From IMG/VR virus record IMGVR_UViG_3300043446_000670: DNA of 64,000 nt, one strand, 5' to 3'. Below the pieces are notes generated by a model. That model worked only from the letters and a program-made list of their open reading frames with translations. It made no database searches and was not told where the DNA came from. The position numbers and the translations under genes are program-made. Positions 8,763 to 18,265 of this stretch are shown here, piece after piece (position 1 is the first letter of the stretch; every line of letters starts with the position of its first letter). Source of the stretch: an uncultured virus (IMG/VR IMGVR_UViG_3300043446_000670) (lineage: Duplodnaviria; Heunggongvirae; Uroviricota; Caudoviricetes).

Positions 8763-11131
8763 TATTTATTACTCCGTTTAAACAAGTCAACCTGAACTTT
8801 TTGATTTGCCAATTTTTCCTGCGATGCAATTCTTGCAAGATCAACTTCTTTCTGGTTGGCAATCCTCTGGGCTTCCAGTTGCAGTTTCGCCTGTGCAACC
8901 TGTGCATCCGATTGAGCTTTCTGGGCATCGATCTGGAGTTCTGCCTGTTGGATCTGAACCAGCGGGTCTTGCATTTGTTGCTGGGCTTGGGCTTGTTGGG
9001 CTTGAGCTTGGTTAAGCTGGAGAAGCTGTTGGGCACCTTGGGCGACCAACCGGGACAGTTGGACTTCCACATCCTCCGGCAGTTGCGCATCCGGGGCTGG
9101 GATAGGTACACCGACTTGTTCTTCGACCTTCTTGCGATAGCTAAAGGCTAGATGCTCGGCAATATGCGCCATTGCTGCCATCTGGATCTTTTGAGCCATC
9201 GGGTTTTGACCAATGACTTGCGCAATCATTGGGTCTTGCATGAATGCCATGTGGGCTGCGATGTGCGCCTCGTGGTCTTGGTAGATGAAGGCTTTTGTTG
9301 GTTTGCCGTTCAAGAAAGCCATGTTTTCCGAGATCGGGTCTTTGGGCTTTTGGTCGTCTTCGACCGGGACCAACTTCTCTGCGTTCTTGATCCCCAAGAC
9401 TTCGATCATCTGCCGATGGAGGTTGGGGAGGTCGTAAATCTGGGGTGCGGTGGTGGCTAGTTGGATCACAGCTTGGTACTGCATGATCCGCTGCGCCATC
9501 GTGGAGGAGTTCGGGTCAGAAACCGGGATGACTTCAACGATGTCGTAATCCGACTGTTTTGCCATCCGATCCCCGGACTCAGGGTCGTACTCATATTCTG
9601 TCGGGGCGTAGTCCCGGATGATTTCTTTTAAGAGTTTAAACTCTTGTTTCATCGAGGCATGGACGCGAGCCTGAACGGCAGACATCATCTTTAGCTGGCG
9701 CTCCAGCAAAGCCAAAGTCGTGCCGACCGGCGCATTGGCGCTCATGTCGGAGATCTTCATCTCCCCGATGGAACCTAGTCTTCTGCCCTCTTCTGTGATT
9801 TGATTCAAAAGGGTCAAGAGAACCTGACTTGGCTCCTTGTAGGGAAGCGGCATGATGTTGTCACGCATTGCCCCACTGGGAATATCAATATCCCGCCATT
9901 CGCCCGGAGCAATCGGGGTGTCATCATCCTTGATCCTCATGCCACGGGTCTTTAGACCACCGGGCAGATTAGAGAGGGTTCCGGCATCCACCAATTGTCT
10001 GATCAGGGATGTCCCGGCACGGGCGTACCCGCCGATGATGTGGATTAGACCCAAACCATAGAAACCAAAGCCGGGGATGTAGCAATAATCCACGAAATGC
10101 TGGCGACTTTGCTTATTGGGGTCGTCCTCGTTCCAGTTTCTGTAGACCGACAAAACCTGATTGGTGCCTTGGTCTATGGTCACGACGTAAGGCAGGGCAA
10201 TCCCGGTGTGTTCGCCGTCTTCATCTACATCCTCCAGACCTTCGATGTCCAGATAGGTGTGGATTTCCAGAATTCTGTAGCGGTCGTCGTCATTGGTTTT
10301 GTAACCCTGTTGTTCGGCTTTTTTCTTCTCAATGTCCGACAGAATGTTCATCGGTTCGCCCAAGTCCACATCCCGGTAGAACCCGGAATACTGGAGCTTC
10401 TTGATCTCATTCTTGGTTTTACGCATCACATGGGTGACACGTTCTGCGTTCTTTAGGGATGAGGTGCCGTAAGGGACGATGATGTCTTCGGCGGGGATAA
10501 AGGGTGCGGCAGGGATTTGCTTTTGGGTGTCTGGGTAGACCTTTTTAAACGCTGCCCCGGCAAGTCCCAAGGAATACAGGAGTCTTTCATGTTCCGGACG
10601 GTAGTCGGTCATCTTCTCCGTCAGGGTGTAATTCATGTCGGTGCGGACTCGCTCCGATGCTTCCTCTTTTTGCTTGGTTATCGCCCCGATGATCTCGGTC
10701 TTGACCGGACCTCCAGCAGGGAAGGTCTCCATAATCGATTCCGACTGAAACCTGATCGCGGCTTCGGTTAGGACGGTTGAGTAAACACCACACGCTCCAT
10801 TCCAAGGCTCCGTCCTTTCCTCATATTGAAGACCCAAGACCTCCAGACCTTTGACAAAGGTTTCTGCCCAGTCTTTTCTGGAGTCTATATCGGCTTCGAC
10901 AAGTTCTGTCAGCTCACTGGCGATGGTGTTTAAAACGCCTTCGTCCAGAACCTCTGCAAGGTTCGAGTTAAAATCCGCGCCTTCAAAATCACTCCCCTTT
11001 TCGAGGGTAATTTCCAAGCCATCCATTGATATGGATACCGCCTCAGGGTCCTCAATCTCGATCTCAATTGGTTCCTCCGGTAAGGAAGCTAATCCCATTG
11101 GGGCTTGGTAGACGCTCTTTTCAATCGCCAT
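8762..11131 (-). CDS. Portal protein (P22-like, with C-terminal Q-rich coiled coil)
   Basis: 789 aa directly downstream of TerL; GFYGLGLIH and RQLVDAGTLSNLPGG motifs. Confidence 0.88.
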   Translation of the reverse strand: MAIEKSVYQAPMGLASLPEEPIEIEIEDPEAVSISMDGLEITLEKGSDFEGADFNSNLAEVLDEGVLNTIASELTELVEADIDSRKDWAETFVKGLEVLGLQYEERTEPWNGACGVYSTVLTEAAIRFQSESIMETFPAGGPVKTEIIGAITKQKEEASERVRTDMNYTLTEKMTDYRPEHERLLYSLGLAGAAFKKVYPDTQKQIPAAPFIPAEDIIVPYGTSSLKNAERVTHVMRKTKNEIKKLQYSGFYRDVDLGEPMNILSDIEKKKAEQQGYKTNDDDRYRILEIHTYLDIEGLEDVDEDGEHTGIALPYVVTIDQGTNQVLSVYRNWNEDDPNKQSRQHFVDYCYIPGFGFYGLGLIHIIGGYARAGTSLIRQLVDAGTLSNLPGGLKTRGMRIKDDDTPIAPGEWRDIDIPSGAMRDNIMPLPYKEPSQVLLTLLNQITEEGRRLGSIGEMKISDMSANAPVGTTLALLERQLKMMSAVQARVHASMKQEFKLLKEIIRDYAPTEYEYDPESGDRMAKQSDYDIVEVIPVSDPNSSTMAQRIMQYQAVIQLATTAPQIYDLPNLHRQMIEVLGIKNAEKLVPVEDDQKPKDPISENMAFLNGKPTKAFIYQDHEAHIAAHMAFMQDPMIAQVIGQNPMAQKIQMAAMAHIAEHLAFSYRKKVEEQVGVPIPAPDAQLPEDVEVQLSRLVAQGAQQLLQLNQAQAQQAQAQQQMQDPLVQIQQAELQIDAQKAQSDAQVAQAKLQLEAQRIANQKEVDLARIASQEKLANQKVQVDLFKRSNK

Positions 11132-11139
11132 GATGATTC

Positions 11140-12639
11140 CTAGTAATAAGCCATGCGACGACGGAAGTATCTAGGTTCATCTTCTTCATCTGAATAAACC
11201 GAGATAAATCCACCTTGTCTAAAACGCAATAGAGCCTGAGAGGATGAGTCCACCAAGTCATCATGGTCGCCGTTAGGGAAGGAAGCCATTTCTTCCATGA
11301 CTTCATCTGCCCATCTTGTCTCTGGGCACCAGACCACGCCTGACGCAAACAGGTCGGATATAGCGTTTACACGCGCAATCTTATCGCTTCCTTTGCCCGG
11401 TGTATATTCGGACAGAGGAATACCGATTTTTCTCATTTCATAGATCAAGGGCGCACCTGCTGCCCTCTTCTCGACCAACAGGGTGTCGGGGTTCCATTCC
11501 CGCCACATGTCAAAAGCCTTCTTTTTTAATTCCGGGAACTCCATCCTTTGTTTAAACGCATCTAAAAGGATGATATTGGGGCGTAGATCCCCGTTTTTGT
11601 TGGGGTGCTGGAAGACTCCCCATGTAGTGCAGGCTGAGTAGTCAGCCCGGTTGTTCTTTTCAAACGCGGTATCCCAGCTTTGGATCACATATTCGCAGGA
11701 GGGTGGGTCTGATTTTTCCCAAATCTGCCATTGATCACGTTTTACAATCGCCCCTTCCTCGGAGGTGGGGTTTTGTTGGTACTGGGCTTCCCATTTGGCA
11801 ACGGGAAGTTCGGCTTTTAGGGCTTCAAGTTCTTCTTTTTTCCAGAAACCGGGCCACAGCGGGGTTCCAGAGGGCAAAATTGCGGGGAAATCGATAACTT
11901 CCCACTCATTTACCCCGTCTTTTTCGGCATTTTTAAGGATTTGCCCGGTCAGATCTCGCTTTGACCACCGGGTCATCACAATAATAATGGCTCCTCCGGG
12001 CTGTAAACGCTGACGAGGACCGGATGTGTACCATTCATAGACCGAATCAAAGACGGCAGGGTTGCCCTGTTTGGCTTCCTGCTCCGAATGGGGGTCATCA
12101 ATAATCAATAGGTCAGCGCCTTTGCCAGTAACTGCACCGCCCACACCAATAGCGAAGTAGTCACCACCCAGATGAGTATTCCAACGACCGGCTGCTTTAG
12201 AGTCTGACGACAGCTTTGTATCAAATACCTTCCCATAACCATCCGATTGAACAAGATTCCTCACCTTTCGACCAAAGCCCACCGCCAGTTCTGCCGTGTG
12301 GGCAGTCTGGATAATCTTCTTTTCCGGGTACTTCCCTAGAAACCACGCGGGCAAGAGATAAGACGCAAATTCTGACTTGGTATGCCGGGGAGGCATGTTG
12401 ATAATCAACCTTTTCAACTGCCCGGATGCAACCCTCTCAAAGGCTTCTGCCATGATCTGATGATGTTTCCCGGAGATAAACGCAGGCCACATCTGGGTCA
12501 CAAAGAAAAGAAACGACTCCTTACACCGCTCTATCCTGTCCATCTCCAACAAAGAAAAAACCTTGTTCCTCTCTGCCTCAGGGATCTTGTCCACAATAGC
12601 AACGTAATCAGCTATTTCTTTTTTTGTAAGCAAAGTCAT
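11140..12639 (-). CDS. terL: Terminase large subunit
   Basis: INMPPRHTKS (Walker A), LLIIDDPH (Walker B), QSWDTA and HDDLVDS (RNase H-like nuclease). Confidence 0.95.
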   Translation of the reverse strand: MTLLTKKEIADYVAIVDKIPEAERNKVFSLLEMDRIERCKESFLFFVTQMWPAFISGKHHQIMAEAFERVASGQLKRLIINMPPRHTKSEFASYLLPAWFLGKYPEKKIIQTAHTAELAVGFGRKVRNLVQSDGYGKVFDTKLSSDSKAAGRWNTHLGGDYFAIGVGGAVTGKGADLLIIDDPHSEQEAKQGNPAVFDSVYEWYTSGPRQRLQPGGAIIIVMTRWSKRDLTGQILKNAEKDGVNEWEVIDFPAILPSGTPLWPGFWKKEELEALKAELPVAKWEAQYQQNPTSEEGAIVKRDQWQIWEKSDPPSCEYVIQSWDTAFEKNNRADYSACTTWGVFQHPNKNGDLRPNIILLDAFKQRMEFPELKKKAFDMWREWNPDTLLVEKRAAGAPLIYEMRKIGIPLSEYTPGKGSDKIARVNAISDLFASGVVWCPETRWADEVMEEMASFPNGDHDDLVDSSSQALLRFRQGGFISVYSDEEDEPRYFRRRMAYY

Positions 12640-12866
12640 AGAGAGGAGATCTCTTTCACTGTCCTATCAAACAGTCGTATCCCGTAGAACTTCTTAGGCT
12701 TCACCTCAAGAATCCCATCCTCTTGAAGTCTTCTGACAATCCTATGAATATTGGACTTAGCCTTCATGCCTACCCCCAAGGCTATCGCCTCGTAAGAAGG
12801 CGACATCCCATGTACCTTGATGTACGCCCGGATGAACTCCAATATCTGCCGTTTTCTTTCAGTCAT
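12636..12866 (-). CDS. Stand-alone LexA-type winged-helix DNA-binding protein
   Basis: MTERKRQILEFI...GMSPSYEAIA...SNIHRIVRRLQEDG resembles the LexA N-terminal domain; no S24 peptidase domain. Confidence 0.8.
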   Translation of the reverse strand: MTERKRQILEFIRAYIKVHGMSPSYEAIALGVGMKAKSNIHRIVRRLQEDGILEVKPKKFYGIRLFDRTVKEISSL

Positions 12867-13013
12867 ATCCACCCCAACACGACTGGACACTCACCATCTT
12901 TCTCGTCGGTAGAGGTGCGGTCTACCTTCTGGCAAATGCCCATGCGTGTTGGTACTCGCTCCACTGCCCTGACCACTGACCAGAGTTAATCAAATTGCAG
13001 CATCTGCTTTCCC

Positions 13014-13046
13014 AACATTTAAACTATAAATGAGAACATTTAAACT
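13014..13046. repeat. Direct repeat AACATTTAAACT x2 (21-bp period)
   Basis: Copies at 13014-13025 and 13035-13046, upstream of the LexA-like gene. Confidence 0.7.
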
Positions 13047-13094
13047 CTCAACATATATATACCCCCCGTCCAAAAACCTTACCTCCTTTTCCTA

Positions 13095-13110
13095 TGTTTC
13101 ACGTGAAACG
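13095..13110. promoter_or_regulatory. parS: Chromosomal-type parS site
   Basis: TGTTTCACGTGAAACG, 15/16 match to consensus TGTTTCACGTGAAACA; perfect 14-bp palindromic core; intergenic. Confidence 0.8.
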
Positions 13111-13296
13111 AGGGGGTGGGGGCAAGACATTGTTCTCATTGGGTGGGGGACATATTTGTTTGTGTGGATTACAGCGTAAGCGGTGACGGGTCCCATCTGT
13201 GCCACAGTGGGGGGTAGGGGTACGGTGGGGTCACGCCCAGCACACACAACGGGTGTCGGGGGCGCAGACTCACAGTGTCGGATCGTTTAAACATGA

Positions 13297-13884
13297 TCAC
13301 TTCACCTTCAATGTCTTCACATTGTCGAGTAGCTTCAGATGCTGCGACAGTTCCCGCTTCAACTGCTCTGGTGCGACTGCCTTGTCGGTCTTCTCTTCGA
13401 TGCCAGTGAATAGCCCAATGGACTTGCCTAGCAGTTCTAATGCTTTTAAACGTGAGCCTTCCTGAGAAGCATCCTTGCTCAGTGATACCAACTTCCGCAA
13501 AACGTACCTTCGAGTGCTTGCGACATCATCCGCAAGGTGTTCTATCGTTTCATCCCATGCGGCGTTGATCATGCTGGCAATGCGTGGATCAGCGGCAAGC
13601 TTGGCTGCATTGCTGCTGACTGCACTGTCTGACATCTGTGTGTTATAGGCGAGACGGTAAGCTTCTCTGCGGCTTTTGCCTGATACAACATGATTCACAA
13701 ATGCCTGTTGTTGGCTTGTAAGTGGTTTGTTTATGTTCTTTATTCTCTTTGGTGGGATTGAAGCTGCCATCCGCTCCGCTTCGCTCTCGAACCCAGGCGC
13801 GTTGTCATCCTGATAACCTTCATCAATAGCACTATTCGCCTCTTCCAGTGCCGCTAGATACTCGTCCTGACTGGTCTTTTTCAT
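13297..13884 (-). CDS. terS: Terminase small subunit
   Basis: LTSQQQAFV...EAYRLAY...AAKL HTH and RLKALELLGKSIGLF C-terminal motif. Confidence 0.8.
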   Translation of the reverse strand: MKKTSQDEYLAALEEANSAIDEGYQDDNAPGFESEAERMAASIPPKRIKNINKPLTSQQQAFVNHVVSGKSRREAYRLAYNTQMSDSAVSSNAAKLAADPRIASMINAAWDETIEHLADDVASTRRYVLRKLVSLSKDASQEGSRLKALELLGKSIGLFTGIEEKTDKAVAPEQLKRELSQHLKLLDNVKTLKVK

Positions 13885-13955
13885 TTGTCATCACCTCACG
13901 TTGCAACTGTGATCAGCACTGCTGCTGTACTGATCTGTTTAAACCATCGTTCACA

Positions 13956-14147
13956 TTATCCACAGAGTTATACACAGGTGCAAGCATGGCAATGCATTTG
14001 TTTTTGTTGTCAACCATGCAAATGCCCCTGAGACTCGTCTATAGACCCTCTGAGACGTTTTTTCTCTTTAGGCTACCTACCCCTCACCCGCTTCGCGTTC
14101 GTTGAACCTGCGAGGTTTTTTTGTTCTTTGATAACAAGTTATCCACA
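13956..14147 (+). promoter_or_regulatory. Cluster of DnaA boxes
   Basis: TTATCCACA 13956-13964, TTATACACA 13968-13976, TTATCCACA 14139-14147, all in the divergent intergenic region. Confidence 0.7.
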
Positions 14148-14318
14148 GTTGCTGGTTTGTACACCATACATGAAACATATATCTGTGGAGTTGCCGTTCA
14201 AACAATGGAATAGATTGTCGTCTACTAGTAAATAGCACTTGCACTGGTAATAGCACTATGATCTAATCCGCTCAGTAGTACATCATTTAAACGTAGCAAT
14301 TTGAAAACAGGGGGTTTT

Positions 14319-14648
14319 ATGCAACTGCACCTTTACACGCGACTGACGCACGACTATGCACTTGGCTGGGATCACTTGGACGAGTCCGAATACACAGGCA
14401 CTGTCAAAGTACTTGCACCGCGCAAACTGTCCGACGATGGTATCGACGGTCATACATCGATCACTCGCGTGATCGCTCCGGCTGCACTGCGCGGCACTGA
14501 CCTGACCGCTGCCATTGAAGACACCATGACCACAAGCCGGTGCCGTCATGAACATGACTGCTGCGGCTGCGCCACGACGAATGCTTACGCGAAGCGTGTT
14601 TCAGCGCGTGAGTATTCAGTCTACTTGTCAACCTATTACAACGTCTGA
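14319..14648 (+). CDS. Hypothetical early protein with Cys/His cluster
   Basis: CRHEHDCCGC motif; first gene of the plus-strand block. Confidence 0.65.
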   Translation: MQLHLYTRLTHDYALGWDHLDESEYTGTVKVLAPRKLSDDGIDGHTSITRVIAPAALRGTDLTAAIEDTMTTSRCRHEHDCCGCATTNAYAKRVSAREYSVYLSTYYNV

Positions 14649-14655
14649 GGTTATC

Positions 14656-15243
14656 ATGTTTACAACACGCGAAGAGTGGTTGACTGCGGCGGTCTCTGAA
14701 TTGCGTCCGCTGTTTGATCTGTGGTCTGCACCTGTACCTGCCAAGGTGCGCGTCACCTGCGGCTTCCCCAGCAATGCGCGGCGATCCGGTGCCATCGGCG
14801 AATGCTGGGCTGATACTGCGTCTGCTGATAAAACATTCGAGATTCTGATCTCGCCGACTCTGGATGATCCCCGCCGGGTGTTTGACGTTCTAGTTCATGA
14901 GTTATGCCACTCACTACCGGGCGCACTGAATCACGGCACAACCTTTCAAAAATGGGCGGCTGCAATGCACCTTGTACCTGCTGGATCGGGAAAACAGGCG
15001 TGGAAAGCCACTGTCGCTGCTGCTGGATTCGATGATGCTTATGGCGCGATCATCACTGGTTTGGGTGCGTATCCTCACGCAAGCTTGTCTCTCACTACCC
15101 GCAAAAAACAGGCAACCCGGATGCTCAAGGCAATCTGCCCTAGTTGCAAATACACCATCCGATTAACCGCGAAGTGGGCGAATGTTGGCTTGCCTACCTG
15201 CTGCTGCGGTGATCTTTTCAATCTGACATCTGAGGGTGAATAA
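14656..15243 (+). CDS. SprT-like zinc metallopeptidase with C-terminal zinc ribbon
   Basis: VLVHELCH (HExxH), downstream HG..F, CPSC...CCCG; SD GAGG before ATG 14656. Confidence 0.75.
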   Translation: MFTTREEWLTAAVSELRPLFDLWSAPVPAKVRVTCGFPSNARRSGAIGECWADTASADKTFEILISPTLDDPRRVFDVLVHELCHSLPGALNHGTTFQKWAAAMHLVPAGSGKQAWKATVAAAGFDDAYGAIITGLGAYPHASLSLTTRKKQATRMLKAICPSCKYTIRLTAKWANVGLPTCCCGDLFNLTSEGE

Positions 15244-15245
15244 TT

Positions 15246-16724
15246 ATGAGTAAAACCACATACGAGGCAGTGCTACAGCAACCGCTGGCAACCGTTAAGG
15301 CTGCATATGAGCAAATGTTGGGCGGCACGTTCTCCACAAAACAGGCGGCGGCGCAAGACCTTACCAATGCTGTTAACGCAGGGCGCATCACGCTGGCGCA
15401 GATCAGGGCGGCTATCCCGAACCACCCGCCGGGTGCACCTGTCGCATCGCAGATGCCCGGCGAAGTGAATGACCTAATAAAAACCTCGCTTGCCTTGGAT
15501 CAGGGTTTGCGTAACGTGATCGGGCGCGTCGATGCACTGACCGACAATGTCGGGCGCGTTAGCACCGGGCTAGATTCTGTGGTGCGTGGCATTAATCAAT
15601 TACAGGCTGACTCAGTGGCGCGGGATGCTGATCTGGCTGATCGACTGTCGATTGTCGAAAGGGCTGCGCGTCACAATTCCAACCTTGACGCTGGCGAGAT
15701 CGACGCTGCGATTAATGCTGCTGTTGCTGAGGGTTTCGGTGCGTTTAAACGTAAGATCGAAAAGGCAGGGTTAGAACAGGCGGCGGCTGATGCTGTATCT
15801 GTCCGGGTCATTGAGCGTAAACCTGCTCTGGATGTTTTTGGGGTCGATGTTATCGATGCACAGGGTAATGCGGTGATGGTCGATCTGTATGACCACCCGG
15901 CTGCCCCGGCGGTCGATCCTAATTTCATTTGGACTGAGACCATCCTGCGCCACTTGCTGTTGTCCCAGATGACAGGCGAAAACCTCTGGTTCGGCGGTGC
16001 CAAGGGCGCAGGTAAGACTGAGACTGCGCGTCAATTTGCTGCGCGTACCGGGCGCGGTTTCACCCGGATCAACTTCCACAAGTACACCACTGCCGACGAG
16101 TATCTGGGCAGCACTGGTTTGCAGAATGGCAATACCGCTTTTGAGGATGGTGATTTTCTGAAAGCCTATTCCTGCCCCAGCACCGTCATTCTGTTGGATG
16201 AGATCAGCAACGCCGCACCGGGCGAATTGGCACCGTTGAATGCCCTGCTTGAGCCGAATACCGCCGTCACAATTGGCGGCAAGGTACGCACCAAGGCTGC
16301 TGGCGTGATCGTGATCGCAGCCGACAATACTCTGACCACTGGTGATCAGTCCGGACGATATGCCGGGACTCAGGAGATGAACTCCGCTCTGGCTGATCGC
16401 TTTGCGCGGGTCGTGCGGTTCACCAATTTGTCGATAAAGGATGAGGTCGATGCGGTCGTGCGCCACACGGGCTGCGATCCCCGGCTGGCGCAAAAGATCG
16501 TTTCCTGCGTCGATGTCGTGCGCCAGAAGGTCGCAACTGGCGAGGTAGTGGACGCACCATCGATCCGACAAATCGTCGCGTTTGTCCGCGCACTGCCCTT
16601 GCTGACCATCGATCAGGCATGGGCAACTTGTATCGGCAACCGTCAGCCTGACGAGTCGGCACTGGCTTTGCAGGCTATCCGGGCTGCCTGTTTAAACGAC
16701 ACTGAGATTAATAAGCTTATTTAA
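15246..16724 (+). CDS. MoxR/CbbQ/CobS-like AAA+ ATPase
   Basis: GAKGAGKT (Walker A), ILLDE (Walker B), NSALADRF (arginine finger), SIRQ. Confidence 0.85.
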   Translation: MSKTTYEAVLQQPLATVKAAYEQMLGGTFSTKQAAAQDLTNAVNAGRITLAQIRAAIPNHPPGAPVASQMPGEVNDLIKTSLALDQGLRNVIGRVDALTDNVGRVSTGLDSVVRGINQLQADSVARDADLADRLSIVERAARHNSNLDAGEIDAAINAAVAEGFGAFKRKIEKAGLEQAAADAVSVRVIERKPALDVFGVDVIDAQGNAVMVDLYDHPAAPAVDPNFIWTETILRHLLLSQMTGENLWFGGAKGAGKTETARQFAARTGRGFTRINFHKYTTADEYLGSTGLQNGNTAFEDGDFLKAYSCPSTVILLDEISNAAPGELAPLNALLEPNTAVTIGGKVRTKAAGVIVIAADNTLTTGDQSGRYAGTQEMNSALADRFARVVRFTNLSIKDEVDAVVRHTGCDPRLAQKIVSCVDVVRQKVATGEVVDAPSIRQIVAFVRALPLLTIDQAWATCIGNRQPDESALALQAIRAACLNDTEINKLI

Positions 16725-16733
16725 GGGGCGATT

Positions 16734-18263
16734 ATGAAAGGCTACCAATTACGTCAAGGTATCGAAGCTGCGGCGCACCGTATCTGCTCCGCACTGGGTC
16801 TGCCGCCTGTCACCATTACATGGTCGCGCATCAGCACGGCGGCGATTAATCAGCACGGCAGTATCATGCTTGCCAATGTCGCGGATGATGAGATTGTCAC
16901 TCAGACACTGGTCAATAAATACACCGGGTTTGTTGTTCATGAGTTGCTACATAGGAAATACACTAACTTTCATGTTAATTCTGACAAGTCCTACGTTCGC
17001 TCCCTGCACAACGCAATTGAGGATGCGTGGATCGAGCGCAGTGCCATCGCGTCCGGGCTGACAGGCAATATCGAACCACTGCTCAAGACTCTGGTCGATG
17101 GCATGGTCGATGAGAGTTTAAACAAAGTACAAGATTGGGCTGACCCGGCGGTCTACCCTTTCGCTCTGGCAGTCTGGGCGAGGGGTTTTGCCAAGCGCAC
17201 CCCTGTACCTGCAAACCTGCACCCGGTGTTTGATGAGGCTGCGCGGCGCATCGATACCTGCCGGGATTCAGCCGACACTCTGGCGGTCGCGGAATGGGTT
17301 TTCTCCCAGCTACAAATACCCCCCTCACAGGCTCCAGATCAGCCTGAGAGCGGCGATCAGGACGATGGTGAGGGTGAGGATACCCCCGGCGAAAAAACGT
17401 CTGAGAGCGATGGTCAGGATGATGGTCAGCCGGGCGATGAAACAAGCGATGACCCAGAGCAATCGCAGGTACCGGGCGAGGACGATCAGGCGATGGACGT
17501 TGAGCCGACACTCGAACCCACCGGGCGCGGCGGCGAACAATACGAATACGACAAAGTCAATCTGGTTAATCGCAACCATCATCTGCGCGATAACCCGGCG
17601 AAACTCCAGCAATTGAACTCAGGCAAGCTGCGTTATGAAATTCGCAAGCTGTTTGAGAACTCTGGATATGATGACTGGTCGATCAATAAAAAATCTGGCG
17701 CACTGAATGTCAACGCATTGCATTCTGTTAATACAAATGTGCGCGTGTTTAAACGTCATCAGGAGGTCGAAGGTATAGATTCGGCGGTGGTGATACTGGT
17801 CGATGTTTCATCGTCGATGGAACATAGGCTGCCCCATGCCCGGTCTGCTGCTGCTGCCCTGTATCAGACGCTGACTCAAGCTGGCGTGGCGGTCTCTGTG
17901 ATGGCTTTTGATCACCACGCATCGATCCCTGTACCGTTTGGTTTGTCTGTTGCGCGTGGTATCGATGCCATCAGTCGCATCAAGTTGGGCGGCAGCACCT
18001 GCGATTACTTTGCGATCCGGATGGCGCACGAGATGCTGCTGGGACGGCGTGAGCAACGCAAGGTCGTGCTGAGTCTGACCGATGGCGAGGGACAACCGAA
18101 ACAAGCGCGTCAGCAAGTAGAGATCGGGGAGCGTTTGGGGATCACCACCATCGGGATCGGCATTCAAGAAAACGTGAGCCGGGTTTATCCTAATGCGATC
18201 CGCATTGATGATCTGTCCGATCTGGCATCAGCAAGCTTTAAGCAGATCAGGCTGGCGGCATGA
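16734..18263 (+). CDS. CobT-like protein: HExxH domain, acidic linker, vWA domain
   Basis: VVHELLH...NAIEDAWIE; D/E-rich linker; MIDAS DVSSSM...GGST...LTDG. Confidence 0.85.
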   Translation: MKGYQLRQGIEAAAHRICSALGLPPVTITWSRISTAAINQHGSIMLANVADDEIVTQTLVNKYTGFVVHELLHRKYTNFHVNSDKSYVRSLHNAIEDAWIERSAIASGLTGNIEPLLKTLVDGMVDESLNKVQDWADPAVYPFALAVWARGFAKRTPVPANLHPVFDEAARRIDTCRDSADTLAVAEWVFSQLQIPPSQAPDQPESGDQDDGEGEDTPGEKTSESDGQDDGQPGDETSDDPEQSQVPGEDDQAMDVEPTLEPTGRGGEQYEYDKVNLVNRNHHLRDNPAKLQQLNSGKLRYEIRKLFENSGYDDWSINKKSGALNVNALHSVNTNVRVFKRHQEVEGIDSAVVILVDVSSSMEHRLPHARSAAAALYQTLTQAGVAVSVMAFDHHASIPVPFGLSVARGIDAISRIKLGGSTCDYFAIRMAHEMLLGRREQRKVVLSLTDGEGQPKQARQQVEIGERLGITTIGIGIQENVSRVYPNAIRIDDLSDLASASFKQIRLAA

Positions 18264-18265
18264 GG

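Noticed and set aside
12890..13296. Short ORFs in the terS-lexA gap
   Set aside because: No convincing SD or composition; the region is better explained as cis-acting DNA
15671..18167. Several long minus-strand ORFs opposite the AAA+/vWA genes
   Set aside because: GC-rich antisense shadows; the plus strand carries clear conserved motifs
15246..18263. Cobalamin biosynthesis (cobS/cobT) as auxiliary metabolism
   Set aside because: No cobN or other cob genes; a generic MoxR AAA+/vWA pair is the more cautious call
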